Below are positions 1-9,566 of a stretch of DNA of 64,000 bases, one piece after another (the stretch's first letter is position 1; the number at the start of each line of letters is the position of its first letter). This DNA comes from an uncultured Kofleriaceae bacterium (GTDB taxonomy: Bacteria > Myxococcota_A > Polyangia > Haliangiales > Haliangiaceae): the NCBI GenBank assembly GCA_964602685.1, contig CAZRSQ010000002.1, positions 4,217-68,216 of the forward strand, read 5' to 3'. The position numbers and the translations under genes were made by a program. Below the pieces are notes generated by a model, which was not told where the DNA came from, ran no database searches, and worked only from the letters and a program-made list of their open reading frames with translations.

Positions 1-221
1 TGGATGACGAAGCGCGCGGGCAGCTTGAACCCCGGCGTGATCCGCGCCTCGCCCGTGGGACATCGCCCCAGCTGCCGGCACGCCGCCAAGAGCTCCGGCC
101 CCGCGGCGCGATGGATCGCACCATCGACTCCGCCGCCACCCGAAAGCGCGCTGTTGGCTGCGTTGACGATCGCATCGACCGCGATCTTGGTGATGTCGCC
201 CTTTTCCACCCGCAACTTCAT
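1..221 (-). CDS. Macro-domain protein, O-acetyl-ADP-ribose deacetylase-like (N-terminal part only; gene runs off window start)
   Basis: My own reverse-strand translation from ATG at 221 gives [52 protein letters not shown]... This is the canonical macro-domain N-terminus ([22 protein letters not shown]). It is absent from the ORF track because it has no stop in the window. Confidence 0.8.
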   Translation of the reverse strand, partial: MKLRVEKGDITKIAVDAIVNAANSALSGGGGVDGAIHRAAGPELLAACRQLGRCPTGEARITPGFKLPARFVI

Positions 222-323
222 CGGCAGATCTTACCGTGAGATCCACCACGTCACGCCTACCCCGCCGGACACCGTCGGACAGCGGTGGTTGAAGCCTCCA
301 CGCAACGGCGGGATCATCTCGTC

Positions 324-896
324 ATGCGGGGGATCAACAAGCTGATCATGGCAGGGTTGCTGGCCGGGTTGCTGAGCGGCGCGGGGTGCGCGGCGAGCAC
401 GCAAGGAGGGGTGCAGCTCGGCGCGCGCGTCGCGCCCAGCGCACCGCCGTCGCCGACCGAGATCTACTTCGAGCCGAAGCCCGGCCAGGTCTGGGTGCAC
501 GGACGCTGGGCGCGTCTCGACAACCAGTGGGTCTGGCAGCCGGGCTACTACCAGCCCGATCGCGAGAACATGGTCTGGCTCAACGGCTACTGGGATCGCC
601 GCGACGGCAAGTACGTGTGGGTCGAGGGCCGCTGGGGTCTGCGCCGCGAGGGCGCGATCTTCTGCCCCGGTTACTACGATCAGCGCGGCAGCGCCAACGT
701 GTGGATCCGCGATCGCTGGGTCGTGGTGCGCCACGACGACATCTGGATCCCCGGCAAGTGGGAGAAGGTCGACGGCCAGCCGCGCTGGGTCGAGGGCCAC
801 TGGAAGATCCACGGCTCCGACGTCGTGCACGTCCCCGCGCCCAAGAAGGTGACGGCCAAGGCCAGGGTCGAGGCGAAGGACAAGAAGCCCAGGTGA
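324..896 (+). CDS. Secreted lipoprotein with repeated W-rich (YxWxxGxW-type) motifs
   Basis: ATG at 324 gives MRGINKLIMAGLLAGLLSGAGC, a signal peptide plus lipobox. The body has repeated motifs: VWVHGRWARLDNQWVWQPGYY, VWLNGYWDRRDGKYVWVEGRW, IWIPGKWEKVDGQPRWVEGHW. Confidence 0.75.
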   Translation: MRGINKLIMAGLLAGLLSGAGCAASTQGGVQLGARVAPSAPPSPTEIYFEPKPGQVWVHGRWARLDNQWVWQPGYYQPDRENMVWLNGYWDRRDGKYVWVEGRWGLRREGAIFCPGYYDQRGSANVWIRDRWVVVRHDDIWIPGKWEKVDGQPRWVEGHWKIHGSDVVHVPAPKKVTAKARVEAKDKKPR

Positions 897-1090
897 CCTC
901 CTCGACCGCCGCCCGTAACGTGGGGGCACGGCGCGCCGTCGGCCCCGATCCGCGGACCATCTACTTCGGCCGCTGCATCGGCGCAGTCGCGATCGCGCGG
1001 TGCGCCGCCGGTCTGCGCGCCGCGTCGTCGACCTTGTGAAGCAACGTTGCGGATCGATGCCGCGCACCCGCGCCGTGCTAGACCCCAGCA

Positions 1091-2158
1091 GTGCGCCGCC
1101 GCTTCCTGATCGCGCTCGCGATCTTCACCGCCGCGCACATCTACGTCTGGTGGCGGCTGGCGTGGCCCCTGCCCTCGCCGGCCTGGCAGCTCGCCACCGC
1201 GGCCATCGCGCTGTTCGCGCCGATCTTTCCCTTCACGCTGCGCCTCACCCGCCGCCTGCCCCGCGAGCGCGCGCGGCCCTGGCTCCTCGCCGGCTACCTG
1301 TGGTTCGGCTTCGCCGCCTACTTCCTCCTCGGCGCCATCGCCAGCCACGTCGCGGTCGCCTTCGGTGCGCCGCCCCGCACCGCGGCCATCGTCGCCGGCG
1401 CCGCGTCGATCGCGGTCGTGGTCGCCGGGCTGATCAACGTGGCCCGTGGGCCCACCGTCCACCGCGTGCGCATCCCGATCGCCGGCCTGCGCTCGCCGTA
1501 CACGCTGGTCCAGCTCTCCGACGTCCACGTCGGGCACATGATCGGCCGCCGCTTCGTCGAGCGCCTGGTCGGCCGCGTCAACGCCCTGTCCCCCGACGCC
1601 ATCGCCATCACCGGCGACCTCGTCGACGGCCACGTCGGCAACCTGCGCCCCCACGTCGCGCCGCTCGCCGACCTGCGCGCGCGCGACGGCGTCTTCGCGG
1701 TCACCGGCAACCACGAGTACTACTGGAACGCCGACGCCTGGCTCACCCACCTGCGCTCGCTCTCGATCCGCGTGCTGCTCAACGAGCACGTCACGCTGCC
1801 CCAGTTCACGCTCGCCGGCGTCAACGACTGGTCGTTCGGCGAGGACGTGCCGCGCGCCGTCGCCAACCGCGATCGCTCGCGCCCGCTCATCCTCCTCGCC
1901 CACCGCCCGCGCACCATCGCCGCTGCCGTCGCCGCCGGCGCCGACCTCCAGCTCTCGGGCCACACCCACGGCGGCCAGCTCCTGCCCTACGGCTACCTCG
2001 CCCGGCTCTTCGATCCGCACGTCTCCGGCCTGACCCGCGTCGATCGCACCTGGCTCTACGTCAGCCACGGCACCGGCTTCTGGGGCCCGCCGCTCCGCGT
2101 CGGCACCCGCTGCGAGATCACCTGCATCACGCTCGTGCCCGACCGCGCCGCCGGCTGA
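1091..2158 (+). CDS. Membrane-anchored metallophosphoesterase (calcineurin-like)
   Basis: GTG start. N-terminal hydrophobic helices are followed by the motifs LSDVHVGH, ITGDLVDG, TGNHEYY and SGHTHGGQ, typical of the YkuE/YaeI-type metallophosphoesterase family. Confidence 0.85.
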   Translation: MRRRFLIALAIFTAAHIYVWWRLAWPLPSPAWQLATAAIALFAPIFPFTLRLTRRLPRERARPWLLAGYLWFGFAAYFLLGAIASHVAVAFGAPPRTAAIVAGAASIAVVVAGLINVARGPTVHRVRIPIAGLRSPYTLVQLSDVHVGHMIGRRFVERLVGRVNALSPDAIAITGDLVDGHVGNLRPHVAPLADLRARDGVFAVTGNHEYYWNADAWLTHLRSLSIRVLLNEHVTLPQFTLAGVNDWSFGEDVPRAVANRDRSRPLILLAHRPRTIAAAVAAGADLQLSGHTHGGQLLPYGYLARLFDPHVSGLTRVDRTWLYVSHGTGFWGPPLRVGTRCEITCITLVPDRAAG

Positions 2159-2170
2159 GCTGCGCGACCG

Positions 2171-3646
2171 CTACCGCACGAACGCCCGGGTCGCGCGCGC
2201 GAGCCCGTCGAGCATCACCCGCCACCGCGGCTCGTGCTCGAGCAGCACGTCGTCGAGCTTGCCGGGCTTCAGGCCACGCACCGCCAGCGTGTGCCCGTGG
2301 CTCAGATCGGCCGCGCTGATCGCCCGGTTCCTCGCCTGGGCGCGCGCGCCCGCCACCGCCAGCAGCTGGATCAGCGCGATGCGCATCAGCCCCGCGCCCG
2401 CGTGGCCGTTCACCAGCACGTTCCGCCCGAACAGCTGCTGCCGCAGCGACAGCCGCAGCGCCTCCTCGACCTCGTCCGCCGCCGTCGCCGCCAACGCGCC
2501 CAGCGCCTCCGCCGCCTCGATCATCCCCGCCGCGTACGTCACCAGCCACACCAGCTCGCGCAACCGCTCCGCCGACGTCGCCACCGCCTCGCCGCGCGCC
2601 AGCGCCGCGGCCACCAGCGTCCCGATCGCCCGCAGCACCTCGACGATCGCCTGCACCCCCGCCTCCTCCGCCTCCTTCCGCGGCGGCCGGTACCACACGC
2701 CCGGCTCCATCCCGAGCACCGCGCCGACGATCGTGTCCGGCTGGCCCTCCTCGATCGCGAACCGCTCCATCGCCACCGTCAGGCCGTCCAGGCACCGCCC
2801 GATCGCCCTCAAGGTCTCGCTCGCCGTCCCCTCCATCCGCCGCACCATCGCCGTCGCCGCCGTCGTGAAGCGCAGGTAGATCGCGTAGTCCCACTCCCAC
2901 CCGTCGACGATCACCACGGGATGGAACAGCACCGGCTGGCGCAGCAGCGGCCGCACCCGCTCCATGTCCTCGACCAGCGGCAGGCCCTTGCGCGCGCTGA
3001 CCCCGAACGTCGAGCACCGCCCGGTGTCGACCACGCGGATGCCCTCGACGGTCGCGAACGAGTCGAGCGGGAACATCCGGCACAGCCCCGGCTTCGCGTC
3101 GGCCCCGAACCGCGCGTGCAACCCGCACCGCGTCCCCTCGAGGAACACGCACCGGTCGCCCACGCGCCGCAGGTACTTCCCGTTCGGATGATCCTCGACG
3201 TACGGCGCCGCCACCTCGGGCCACGACGCCGCCAGCCCCAGCCGCTCGATCCCCGCCACGTCGTCCTCCGTGAGCGGCCCGAACATGTAGCCCTGGCAAC
3301 ACGCGCCCGAGCCCTGACACTCGAACCGCGCGCCCTCGAGGATCGAGATCGGCACCGACTCCTCGCGCCGCAGCACGCGCTCCAGCCTCGCCACCAGCGC
3401 ATCGCCCGCGCCCTCGACCGCGTGCAGGAACATCAACCGCCGCATCGCCTCCTCCACGTCGCCCTCGCCGTGCCCCCGCTCGACCAGCATCGCCCGGATG
3501 GCCTCCCACGTCAGCTCGCCGGCGAGCAGCGGCGCCAGCTCCACCATCACCCCCTCGATGGGATAGCTCCGCTGCAGCAGCCCGTCCTCGAGCATGTAGC
3601 CCTCCGCACGCAGGTAGGCACGCAGCCGCGGTCGATACGAGGGCAC
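2171..3646 (-). CDS. Hypothetical protein with YkgJ-type cysteine-cluster (Zn/Fe-chelating) domain
   Basis: 491-aa ORF with non-artefactual composition and a GTG start. It carries a Cys cluster: FECQGSGACCQG ... RCVFLEGTRCGLH ... GLCRMFP. Confidence 0.6.
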   Translation of the reverse strand: MPSYRPRLRAYLRAEGYMLEDGLLQRSYPIEGVMVELAPLLAGELTWEAIRAMLVERGHGEGDVEEAMRRLMFLHAVEGAGDALVARLERVLRREESVPISILEGARFECQGSGACCQGYMFGPLTEDDVAGIERLGLAASWPEVAAPYVEDHPNGKYLRRVGDRCVFLEGTRCGLHARFGADAKPGLCRMFPLDSFATVEGIRVVDTGRCSTFGVSARKGLPLVEDMERVRPLLRQPVLFHPVVIVDGWEWDYAIYLRFTTAATAMVRRMEGTASETLRAIGRCLDGLTVAMERFAIEEGQPDTIVGAVLGMEPGVWYRPPRKEAEEAGVQAIVEVLRAIGTLVAAALARGEAVATSAERLRELVWLVTYAAGMIEAAEALGALAATAADEVEEALRLSLRQQLFGRNVLVNGHAGAGLMRIALIQLLAVAGARAQARNRAISAADLSHGHTLAVRGLKPGKLDDVLLEHEPRWRVMLDGLARATRAFVR

Positions 3647-3721
3647 GGGCCCTTGCTATCATGAGGTGCGACGAGCCGGCGTGACCTTTCGCCCCCGACC
3701 GCCGTCTTCCCCTACCGGAGC

Positions 3722-4366
3722 ATGATGACAGACGAGGCGGAGCTGGAACGCCTGGTGGTCGCGGCGGCGGCAGCCGACGAGGACGCCTGGCAGCGCCTGT
3801 GGGCGGCCATCGAGCCGCCGCTGTCGCGCATCATCGCCCAGCCGCGCTTCCTCGGCCGCCTCGGCCAGCGCGAGGACGACCGCCACAACATCGTGGTCGC
3901 GGTGATGGCGCGCCTGCGCGCCGACGGCTTCCGCCGGCTGCACGTCTACCTCGACGCCCGCAAGGGCAACGCCCGCCTGCGCTTCCTGAGCTGGCTGCGC
4001 GTGGTCGCCAAGCGCGTCGGCATCGACTACCTGCGCGCCCACCCCGACTACCTGCGCCGCGACGACTCCGAGGCCAGCACGCCCGGGCAGTGGGTCGAGC
4101 TGCGCACCCTGCCGCCGGCGAGCGGCCACGGCGAGCGTCCGCCGATCACCAACAGCGGCACGGTCGCCGAGCTGCTGCGCTACGCCGCCGGTGCCATCCC
4201 CGAGCAGCAGCTGCGCGCGCTGCAGCTGTGGGCGGCGAGCGATAGCTTCGACGACATCGCGCGCGCGCTCGGGCTGCCCGGCGCCGCCGAGGCCGAGAAG
4301 GTGGTGCGCGCGGCGATCGAGCGGCTGCGCCGCAGGTACGGCGCCGCGCGGGACCAGCCGGCGTGA
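3722..4366 (+). CDS. ECF-type RNA polymerase sigma factor
   Basis: A region-2-like N-terminus is followed by a C-terminal region-4 HTH (LQLWAASDSFDDIARALGLPGAAEAEKVVRAAIERLRRRY). Its stop overlaps the GTG start of the downstream anti-sigma/kinase gene (GTGA at 4363-4366). Confidence 0.7.
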   Translation: MMTDEAELERLVVAAAAADEDAWQRLWAAIEPPLSRIIAQPRFLGRLGQREDDRHNIVVAVMARLRADGFRRLHVYLDARKGNARLRFLSWLRVVAKRVGIDYLRAHPDYLRRDDSEASTPGQWVELRTLPPASGHGERPPITNSGTVAELLRYAAGAIPEQQLRALQLWAASDSFDDIARALGLPGAAEAEKVVRAAIERLRRRYGAARDQPA

Positions 4367-7300
4367 CCGCCGACGCCGTCGACGACGCGTGCTCGCGGGT
4401 CGAGACGCTCCTGGCCGCGCGCGCCGACGGCACCCTCGGCGCCGACGACGTCGAGCTGCTGGTGCGCCACCTCGCCGGCTGCGCGAGCTGCCGCGCGGTG
4501 GCCGAGACCCTGGCGCCGACCGCCGACGCCCAGGGCGATCACGCCTCGCTGCCCGAGGTCGACGCCGCGAGCTACGAGCTCGGCCTCGAGGTCGCCCGCG
4601 GCGGCATGGGCCGCATCCTCGCCGCCCGCGACCTGCGCATCGGCCGGCCGGTGGCGGTCAAGGAGCTGCTCGGGCGATCGCCGCGGCTCGCCGCGCGCTT
4701 CGAGCGCGAGGCCCGCGTCACCGCGCGCCTGCAGCACCCCGGGGTGGTGCCGATCTACGAGATCGGGCGCTGGGCCGACGGCACGCCGTTCTACGCCATG
4801 CGCATGGTCGACGGCCGCACGCTGCGCGACGCCATCGACGGCGCCGCCACGCTCGCCGAGCGCCTGGCGCTCCTGCCCGCGGTGATCGCCGCCACCGAGG
4901 CCGTCGCCTTCGCGCACGCGCAGCGCATCATCCACCGCGATCTCACGCCGTCGAACGTGCTGGTCGGCGCCTACGGCGAGACCGTGGTGATCGACTGGGG
5001 CCTGGCCAAGGACCTCGCCGAGCCGCCCGACGCCGACGAGGATCTGGCGCCCGAGCCGGCCGCCGACGGGCTCACCGGCATCGGCGCGGTGATCGGCACC
5101 GCGGCGTACATGCCGCCGGAGCAGGCCAACGGCGAGATCGTCGACGAGCGCGCCGACGTGTACGCGCTCGGCGCCATCCTCTATCACGTGCTCGCCGGGG
5201 CGCCGCCGTACCGCGCCGCCAGCTCGGCCCGCCTGCTCGCCGAGCTCAAGGCCGGGCCGCCGCCCGCCGTCGAGCAGCGCGCCGCCGGGGTGCCGCGCGA
5301 CCTCAGCTCGATCGTCGCCAAGGCCATGGCCCGCGACCCCGCCGGCCGCTACCCCAGCGCGCGCGAGCTGCTCGACGAGCTGCGCCGCTTCCACACCGGC
5401 AAGCTGGTGGCGGCGCACGTCTACACCGCCGGCGAGCGCCTCGGCCGCTTCGTCGCCCGCAACCGCGCCCCGCTGCTGGTGATGGCGATCGCGCTGCTCG
5501 TCCTCGGCGCCACCGCGGTGATCAGCGTGATGCGCGTGCTCGACTCGCACGATCACGCCACCCGCACGGTGCGCACGCTGCTCGAGGAGCGCGGCCGCAG
5601 CGAGATGCTGGCCGGCAACTCGCTCAAGGCGCTGGCCTACCTCGGCGCCGCCTACGATCCCGAGGCGCCGTCGCCGGCGCTCGACTTCCTGCTCGTCGGT
5701 GCGCTGCGCGAGCTCGACGATCTCGAGGCCACGTTCGACTGCGGCGGCGACGTGCGCTTCAGCGCCATCAGCCCCGACGGCGCCTTCCTGGCGGCGGCGT
5801 GCACCGATGTCGGGCGCATCTGGCGTCTCGGCGATCACCAGCCGGTGGCGACCCTGGGGCCGGCGCCCGGCGGCTTCCACCGCGTGACGTTCTCGCGCGA
5901 CGGCAGCGCGCTGGTGGCGATCGGCGAGGACGGCAAGGCCCGGGTCTACGACGGCCGCAGCGGCGCGCCGCGCCTCACGCTCGATCACGGGGCCGAGCCC
6001 ATCACCATCAACCGCGCCGACTTCACGCCCGACGGCGCGCGCCTGGTCACCACCACCGGCCGCGGCGACGCGGTGGTGTGGGACGCCCGCAGCGGCGCCC
6101 AGCTCCGCACCATCTCCGCCGGGCAGCTCGGCTTCCTCGGCGTGTACGGGACGCTGTCGCCCGACGGCAAGACGCTGCTGACCGTGACCATGGGCGGCGT
6201 CGGCCGCGGCTGGGACCTCGAGACCGGCGCGTCGCTCGGCAGCCTCGATCACGGCGCCCAGATCCTCGGCGGCGACCTGGCGCGCAACGGCGTGCTCGGC
6301 GCGACCTGCGGCAAGGATCGCCAGGTGCGGGTGTGGGACCTGAGCGCGCGCGCTCAGCACCTCGTGCTGTCCGGGCACTCGGACATGGTGTGGATGTGCG
6401 TGTTCTCCGCCGACGGCACGCGCCTCCTGTCGACGAGCAACGACGGCACCGCCAAGATGTGGGACCTCGAGCGCGGCACGATGATCACGTCGGTGACCGC
6501 GGGCGACATGGTGTGGTGGGGCGAGATCTCGCACGACCGCCGCATGTTCGTGACCGTGAGCCTCGACGGCACCGCGCGGGTCTGGGACGCCGACACCGGC
6601 GCGCTGCTCACCAGCCACGGCTTCGCCGGCAAGGCCGCGCACTTCACGCCCGACGACGCGCGGCTGGTGATGGAGCGCGGCGACGGCAAGCTGCTGGTGT
6701 GGAAGCGCCCCGGCGGCCGCCAGCGCCACAAGCTGGTGCCGCCCGCCGGCCTGGAGCCCGAGGACGCCAGCCGCGACGGCACCCGCGCGGTGCTGGCGCG
6801 CGGCGGCCAGCTCGAGCTGTGGGACACGGTGCGCGGGCAGCGCGTGGATCACGAGCCGATCGCCGTGCCGTACGCGCTCGCCGCCGACGGCACGCGGCTG
6901 GCGGCGCGCACCGCCGCGGGTGACGGCGTCGTGGTGCTCGATCTCGCCGGCGGCGCCACCGTGGCGCGCGTGCCGGTGAGCGCACCGAACGCGCTCGCGC
7001 TCGACGGCACCGGCCGCCGCCTGCTCGCCACCGGCAACCACGGCCCGCCGCAGATCTGGGATGTCGCCGGCGGCACGACGATCGCACGACCGCCGGGCCG
7101 AGACCTCGGCACGGCAATGGCGCAACCGCCCGTGGTTGCCGGCACGGTGATCGCGCGGCTCGACGGCGCCAGCGAGGCGATCCTGTCCAGCGACGGGCGC
7201 CTCGCGCTCGGATGGCAGCCGGGCGCGTCGCCCATGCGCTGGCGCGTCGACGGTGGCGGAGCGCCCGCACCGCTCATCGGGGTCGGCCCGGTCTTCGATC

Positions 7301-8187
7301 CCGTCGGCTTCTCCGCCGACGGCACCCGGATCGCGCTGCAGTCCGGCGTCACCCGCGCCGAGCTGCGCCTCGGGCTCTGGGACACCGGCGACGGCCAGCG
7401 CGTCGCCGAGGTCGACGGCACCAGCCACGCCGCGCGCTTCGATCCGCGCGGCACGTTGCTGACCGTGATCGGCCGCGACGGCGCGGTGAAGGTGGTGAGC
7501 GCGCACGACGGCCACGCGGTCGCGTCGTTCGTCGGCGAGCGCCTGAGCAGCGCGCAGTCCGATCCGTCCGGCCGCCTGCTGGTCGCGCTCGACGAGCGCG
7601 GCGCCACCGTCTCGGTGCTCGGCGCCGCCGACGGCCGCGTGGTGGCGCAGTGGCCGATCCTCCACGCCGCCGTCCTGCCCAACGAGCACGGCTTCTACGT
7701 GACGCGCGGCGAGGCGTGGTGGACGCCCGACGGTGCGTCGATCGTCGCCCGCTCCGGCGACGTCACCCGCTGGGACGCCGAGACCCTCCCCGCCGACGCC
7801 GCCGCCCGGGTCGCGCAGGCACGCAACCGCGTGCCCTGGCGGGTCGTCGCCGGTCAGCTGCGCTGGGTGCGCGCCAGCCTCAGCGGCCGCGTCACCGCGG
7901 GCGGCGAGCCCGTCGCCGGCGCCACCGTCGCGGTGACCTTCCGCGAGGCGCCGCCGCGCCCCGCCGACGTCAGCTGGACCTCGACCGGCGCCCAGCCGCG
8001 CCAGCGCACCGTCACCACCGACGTCGACGGCAACTACGTGCTGCACGACCTCGCCGCCGGCGACTACGCGCTGAGCGCGCACAGCGATCGCCTCGGCCGC
8101 CGCTCGCGCGAGATCACGCGCACGATCAGCGACCTCGAGGTGACCCAGACCTTCGAGCTAGAGCTCGAGGGGCCAGCCCTCCGGTGA
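4363..8187 (+). CDS. Anti-sigma (zf-HC2-like) / Ser-Thr protein kinase / TM / WD40 beta-propeller / CarboxypepD_reg-like multidomain protein
   Basis: N-terminal HLAGCASCRAV is a zf-HC2 anti-sigma motif. Kinase motifs are present (VAVKEL, IIHRDLTPSNVLV, DWGLAK, GTAAYMPPE), followed by a TM helix (LLVMAIALLVLGATAVISV). Many WD40-like repeats follow (e.g. GHSDMVWMCVFSADGTRLLSTSNDGTAKMWD). The C-terminus reads GRVTAGGEPVAGATVAV...TDVDGNYVLHDLAAGDYAL. Confidence 0.9.
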   Translation: MTADAVDDACSRVETLLAARADGTLGADDVELLVRHLAGCASCRAVAETLAPTADAQGDHASLPEVDAASYELGLEVARGGMGRILAARDLRIGRPVAVKELLGRSPRLAARFEREARVTARLQHPGVVPIYEIGRWADGTPFYAMRMVDGRTLRDAIDGAATLAERLALLPAVIAATEAVAFAHAQRIIHRDLTPSNVLVGAYGETVVIDWGLAKDLAEPPDADEDLAPEPAADGLTGIGAVIGTAAYMPPEQANGEIVDERADVYALGAILYHVLAGAPPYRAASSARLLAELKAGPPPAVEQRAAGVPRDLSSIVAKAMARDPAGRYPSARELLDELRRFHTGKLVAAHVYTAGERLGRFVARNRAPLLVMAIALLVLGATAVISVMRVLDSHDHATRTVRTLLEERGRSEMLAGNSLKALAYLGAAYDPEAPSPALDFLLVGALRELDDLEATFDCGGDVRFSAISPDGAFLAAACTDVGRIWRLGDHQPVATLGPAPGGFHRVTFSRDGSALVAIGEDGKARVYDGRSGAPRLTLDHGAEPITINRADFTPDGARLVTTTGRGDAVVWDARSGAQLRTISAGQLGFLGVYGTLSPDGKTLLTVTMGGVGRGWDLETGASLGSLDHGAQILGGDLARNGVLGATCGKDRQVRVWDLSARAQHLVLSGHSDMVWMCVFSADGTRLLSTSNDGTAKMWDLERGTMITSVTAGDMVWWGEISHDRRMFVTVSLDGTARVWDADTGALLTSHGFAGKAAHFTPDDARLVMERGDGKLLVWKRPGGRQRHKLVPPAGLEPEDASRDGTRAVLARGGQLELWDTVRGQRVDHEPIAVPYALAADGTRLAARTAAGDGVVVLDLAGGATVARVPVSAPNALALDGTGRRLLATGNHGPPQIWDVAGGTTIARPPGRDLGTAMAQPPVVAGTVIARLDGASEAILSSDGRLALGWQPGASPMRWRVDGGGAPAPLIGVGPVFDPVGFSADGTRIALQSGVTRAELRLGLWDTGDGQRVAEVDGTSHAARFDPRGTLLTVIGRDGAVKVVSAHDGHAVASFVGERLSSAQSDPSGRLLVALDERGATVSVLGAADGRVVAQWPILHAAVLPNEHGFYVTRGEAWWTPDGASIVARSGDVTRWDAETLPADAAARVAQARNRVPWRVVAGQLRWVRASLSGRVTAGGEPVAGATVAVTFREAPPRPADVSWTSTGAQPRQRTVTTDVDGNYVLHDLAAGDYALSAHSDRLGRRSREITRTISDLEVTQTFELELEGPALR

Positions 8188-9315
8188 CGCGCCCCAGCGC
8201 GCGACGATCGCCGCCATCCACCGCTCGACGCCGAGGCCGATGCACGCGGTCTCCAGCAGCGCGCCGCCCGGCGCCGTGATGTGCATCGGCGTCGTGAAGT
8301 GCGTGCCGTGCAGGTTGAGCGAGGCCGCCGCACACGCCCGGCGATCGTCGAGCGCCAGCGCCAGCTCGAGCTTGGTCGAGGCCATCGCCTGGAACGTCCG
8401 CGCCGACGCCGCCTCGCTCACGAAGAACGGATCGGTCGCGACCTCGAGCCGCGCGTCGAGATCGAGCTCGCCGGCCAGCTCCTGGATCATCACCAGCATG
8501 CGGTCGCGCTGCGCGGCGACGTACGCCGGCGGCCCGACCAGCACGACCTCGCGCATCGAGAACTCCCACTGCCGCACCAGCGGCACGAAGCGGAAGCCCT
8601 CGTGCCGGTAACACGTGCCGAGCGCGGTGATCGCGCGCCCCTCGTCGAGCACCGCGCCGCGCAGCGCGCGGTACACGTTGTGGCACACGAACGGCTCCAG
8701 CACGAACCCGGTCGGCACCAGGTCCCGCGGATCTTCCGGCCGCTCCGCCCCCCTGGCCCGCGCCTCCGCCGCGAAGCTGCGGATCCGCTCGAAGTGACAC
8801 GGCAACCGGTACCCGAACGTCAGGTACTGCCCGTGCGACGCCAGGTACCCGGTCGCGGGCATCAGATCGCTGGTCTGCTCGATGCTCGGCAGGTGCCAGG
8901 GCTCGGCGCCCGCGCGCGCCGCGATCGCCTGCAGCCGCGCGTCGACGGCGACCCGCAGCCGCGCCGCCGCGCCGGTGTACGCGTATTGCCCCGGCCCCAG
9001 CTCGAGCACGTGGCGCTGCACGAAGCCATCGATCCCCTCGCGCCCGCCGGCGTATCGCGCGAGCGCCTCGTGCCGCCACAGCGGCGGCGTGCTGCGCAGG
9101 AAGCGATACGACGCGACCGACAGCTCGATCACCCCGCGCACCTGCGCCCGCAGATCCTCGCCGTCCTCGTCGACGTCGAGCTCGACCGCCGCGCCGTCGA
9201 CGGCGGCGACGCCGCGGATCGCCGGATGGCAGAACGCCAGGTCGGCCTCCAGCCCCCGGAGCGCCGCCATGCTCGCCGATCCCAGCGCCTCCGACGCGAT
9301 CCGGATCCGCATCAC
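8158..9315 (-). CDS. Class II aminoacyl-tRNA-synthetase-like amino acid:[carrier protein] ligase
   Basis: Class II aaRS core motifs are present: motif-2-like GTCYRHEGFRF and motif-3-like CIGLGVERW. No tRNA-binding arm is apparent. It sits directly downstream of, and overlapping, a carrier-protein gene. The start is GTG 9315 or ATG 9312. Confidence 0.7.
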   Translation of the reverse strand: MMRIRIASEALGSASMAALRGLEADLAFCHPAIRGVAAVDGAAVELDVDEDGEDLRAQVRGVIELSVASYRFLRSTPPLWRHEALARYAGGREGIDGFVQRHVLELGPGQYAYTGAAARLRVAVDARLQAIAARAGAEPWHLPSIEQTSDLMPATGYLASHGQYLTFGYRLPCHFERIRSFAAEARARGAERPEDPRDLVPTGFVLEPFVCHNVYRALRGAVLDEGRAITALGTCYRHEGFRFVPLVRQWEFSMREVVLVGPPAYVAAQRDRMLVMIQELAGELDLDARLEVATDPFFVSEAASARTFQAMASTKLELALALDDRRACAAASLNLHGTHFTTPMHITAPGGALLETACIGLGVERWMAAIVARWGASPEGWPLEL

Positions 9316-9566
9316 GACCGCACCGCCCCGGCGATGAAGCCCGCGAGCTGCTGCACCGAGCGCAGCTTGCCCTCGAAGACATCCCGCTCCGAGACCACGA
9401 TGCCGTAGGTGTCCTCGATGCTCACGATCAGCTCGAGCAGGTTCATCGAGCGGATGATGCTGGTCGCGAACACGTCCTGGTCGTCGGTGAACGCGCGTCC
9501 GCCGCTGAGCTGGGTCAGCAAGCTGCGCACCTGGACATGGATCTGATCAGAAGATAGGAAAGACAT
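9312..9566 (-). CDS. Acyl/aminoacyl carrier protein (DltC-like)
   Basis: ATG at 9566 is preceded by AGGAG. The 84-aa product contains FATSIIRSMNLLELIVSIEDTYGIVVSERDV, a carrier-protein helix II with Ser in a DS/S-x-x-L context. The longer 99-aa track ORF is probably an N-terminal over-extension. Confidence 0.65.
   Translation of the reverse strand: MSFLSSDQIHVQVRSLLTQLSGGRAFTDDQDVFATSIIRSMNLLELIVSIEDTYGIVVSERDVFEGKLRSVQQLAGFIAGAVRS

Noticed and set aside
4180-8082. 1300-aa minus-strand ORF antisense to the kinase/WD40 gene. The same issue applies to 680-2068(-), 2127-3662(-), 13064-15088(-), 13147-15273(+), 25610-27970(-), 27997-30126(+), 28034-30013(-), 41798-44530(+), 48066-50003(+), 49420-51918(-), 50433-52562(+), 59782-61332(-) and 62292-63872(-).
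   Set aside because: The translations are dominated by Arg/Ala/Gly/Pro/Asp low-complexity runs, which are typical of wrong-frame or antisense reading of roughly 70% GC DNA. They lack motifs, and each fully overlaps a gene with strong family-level evidence on the other strand or frame.
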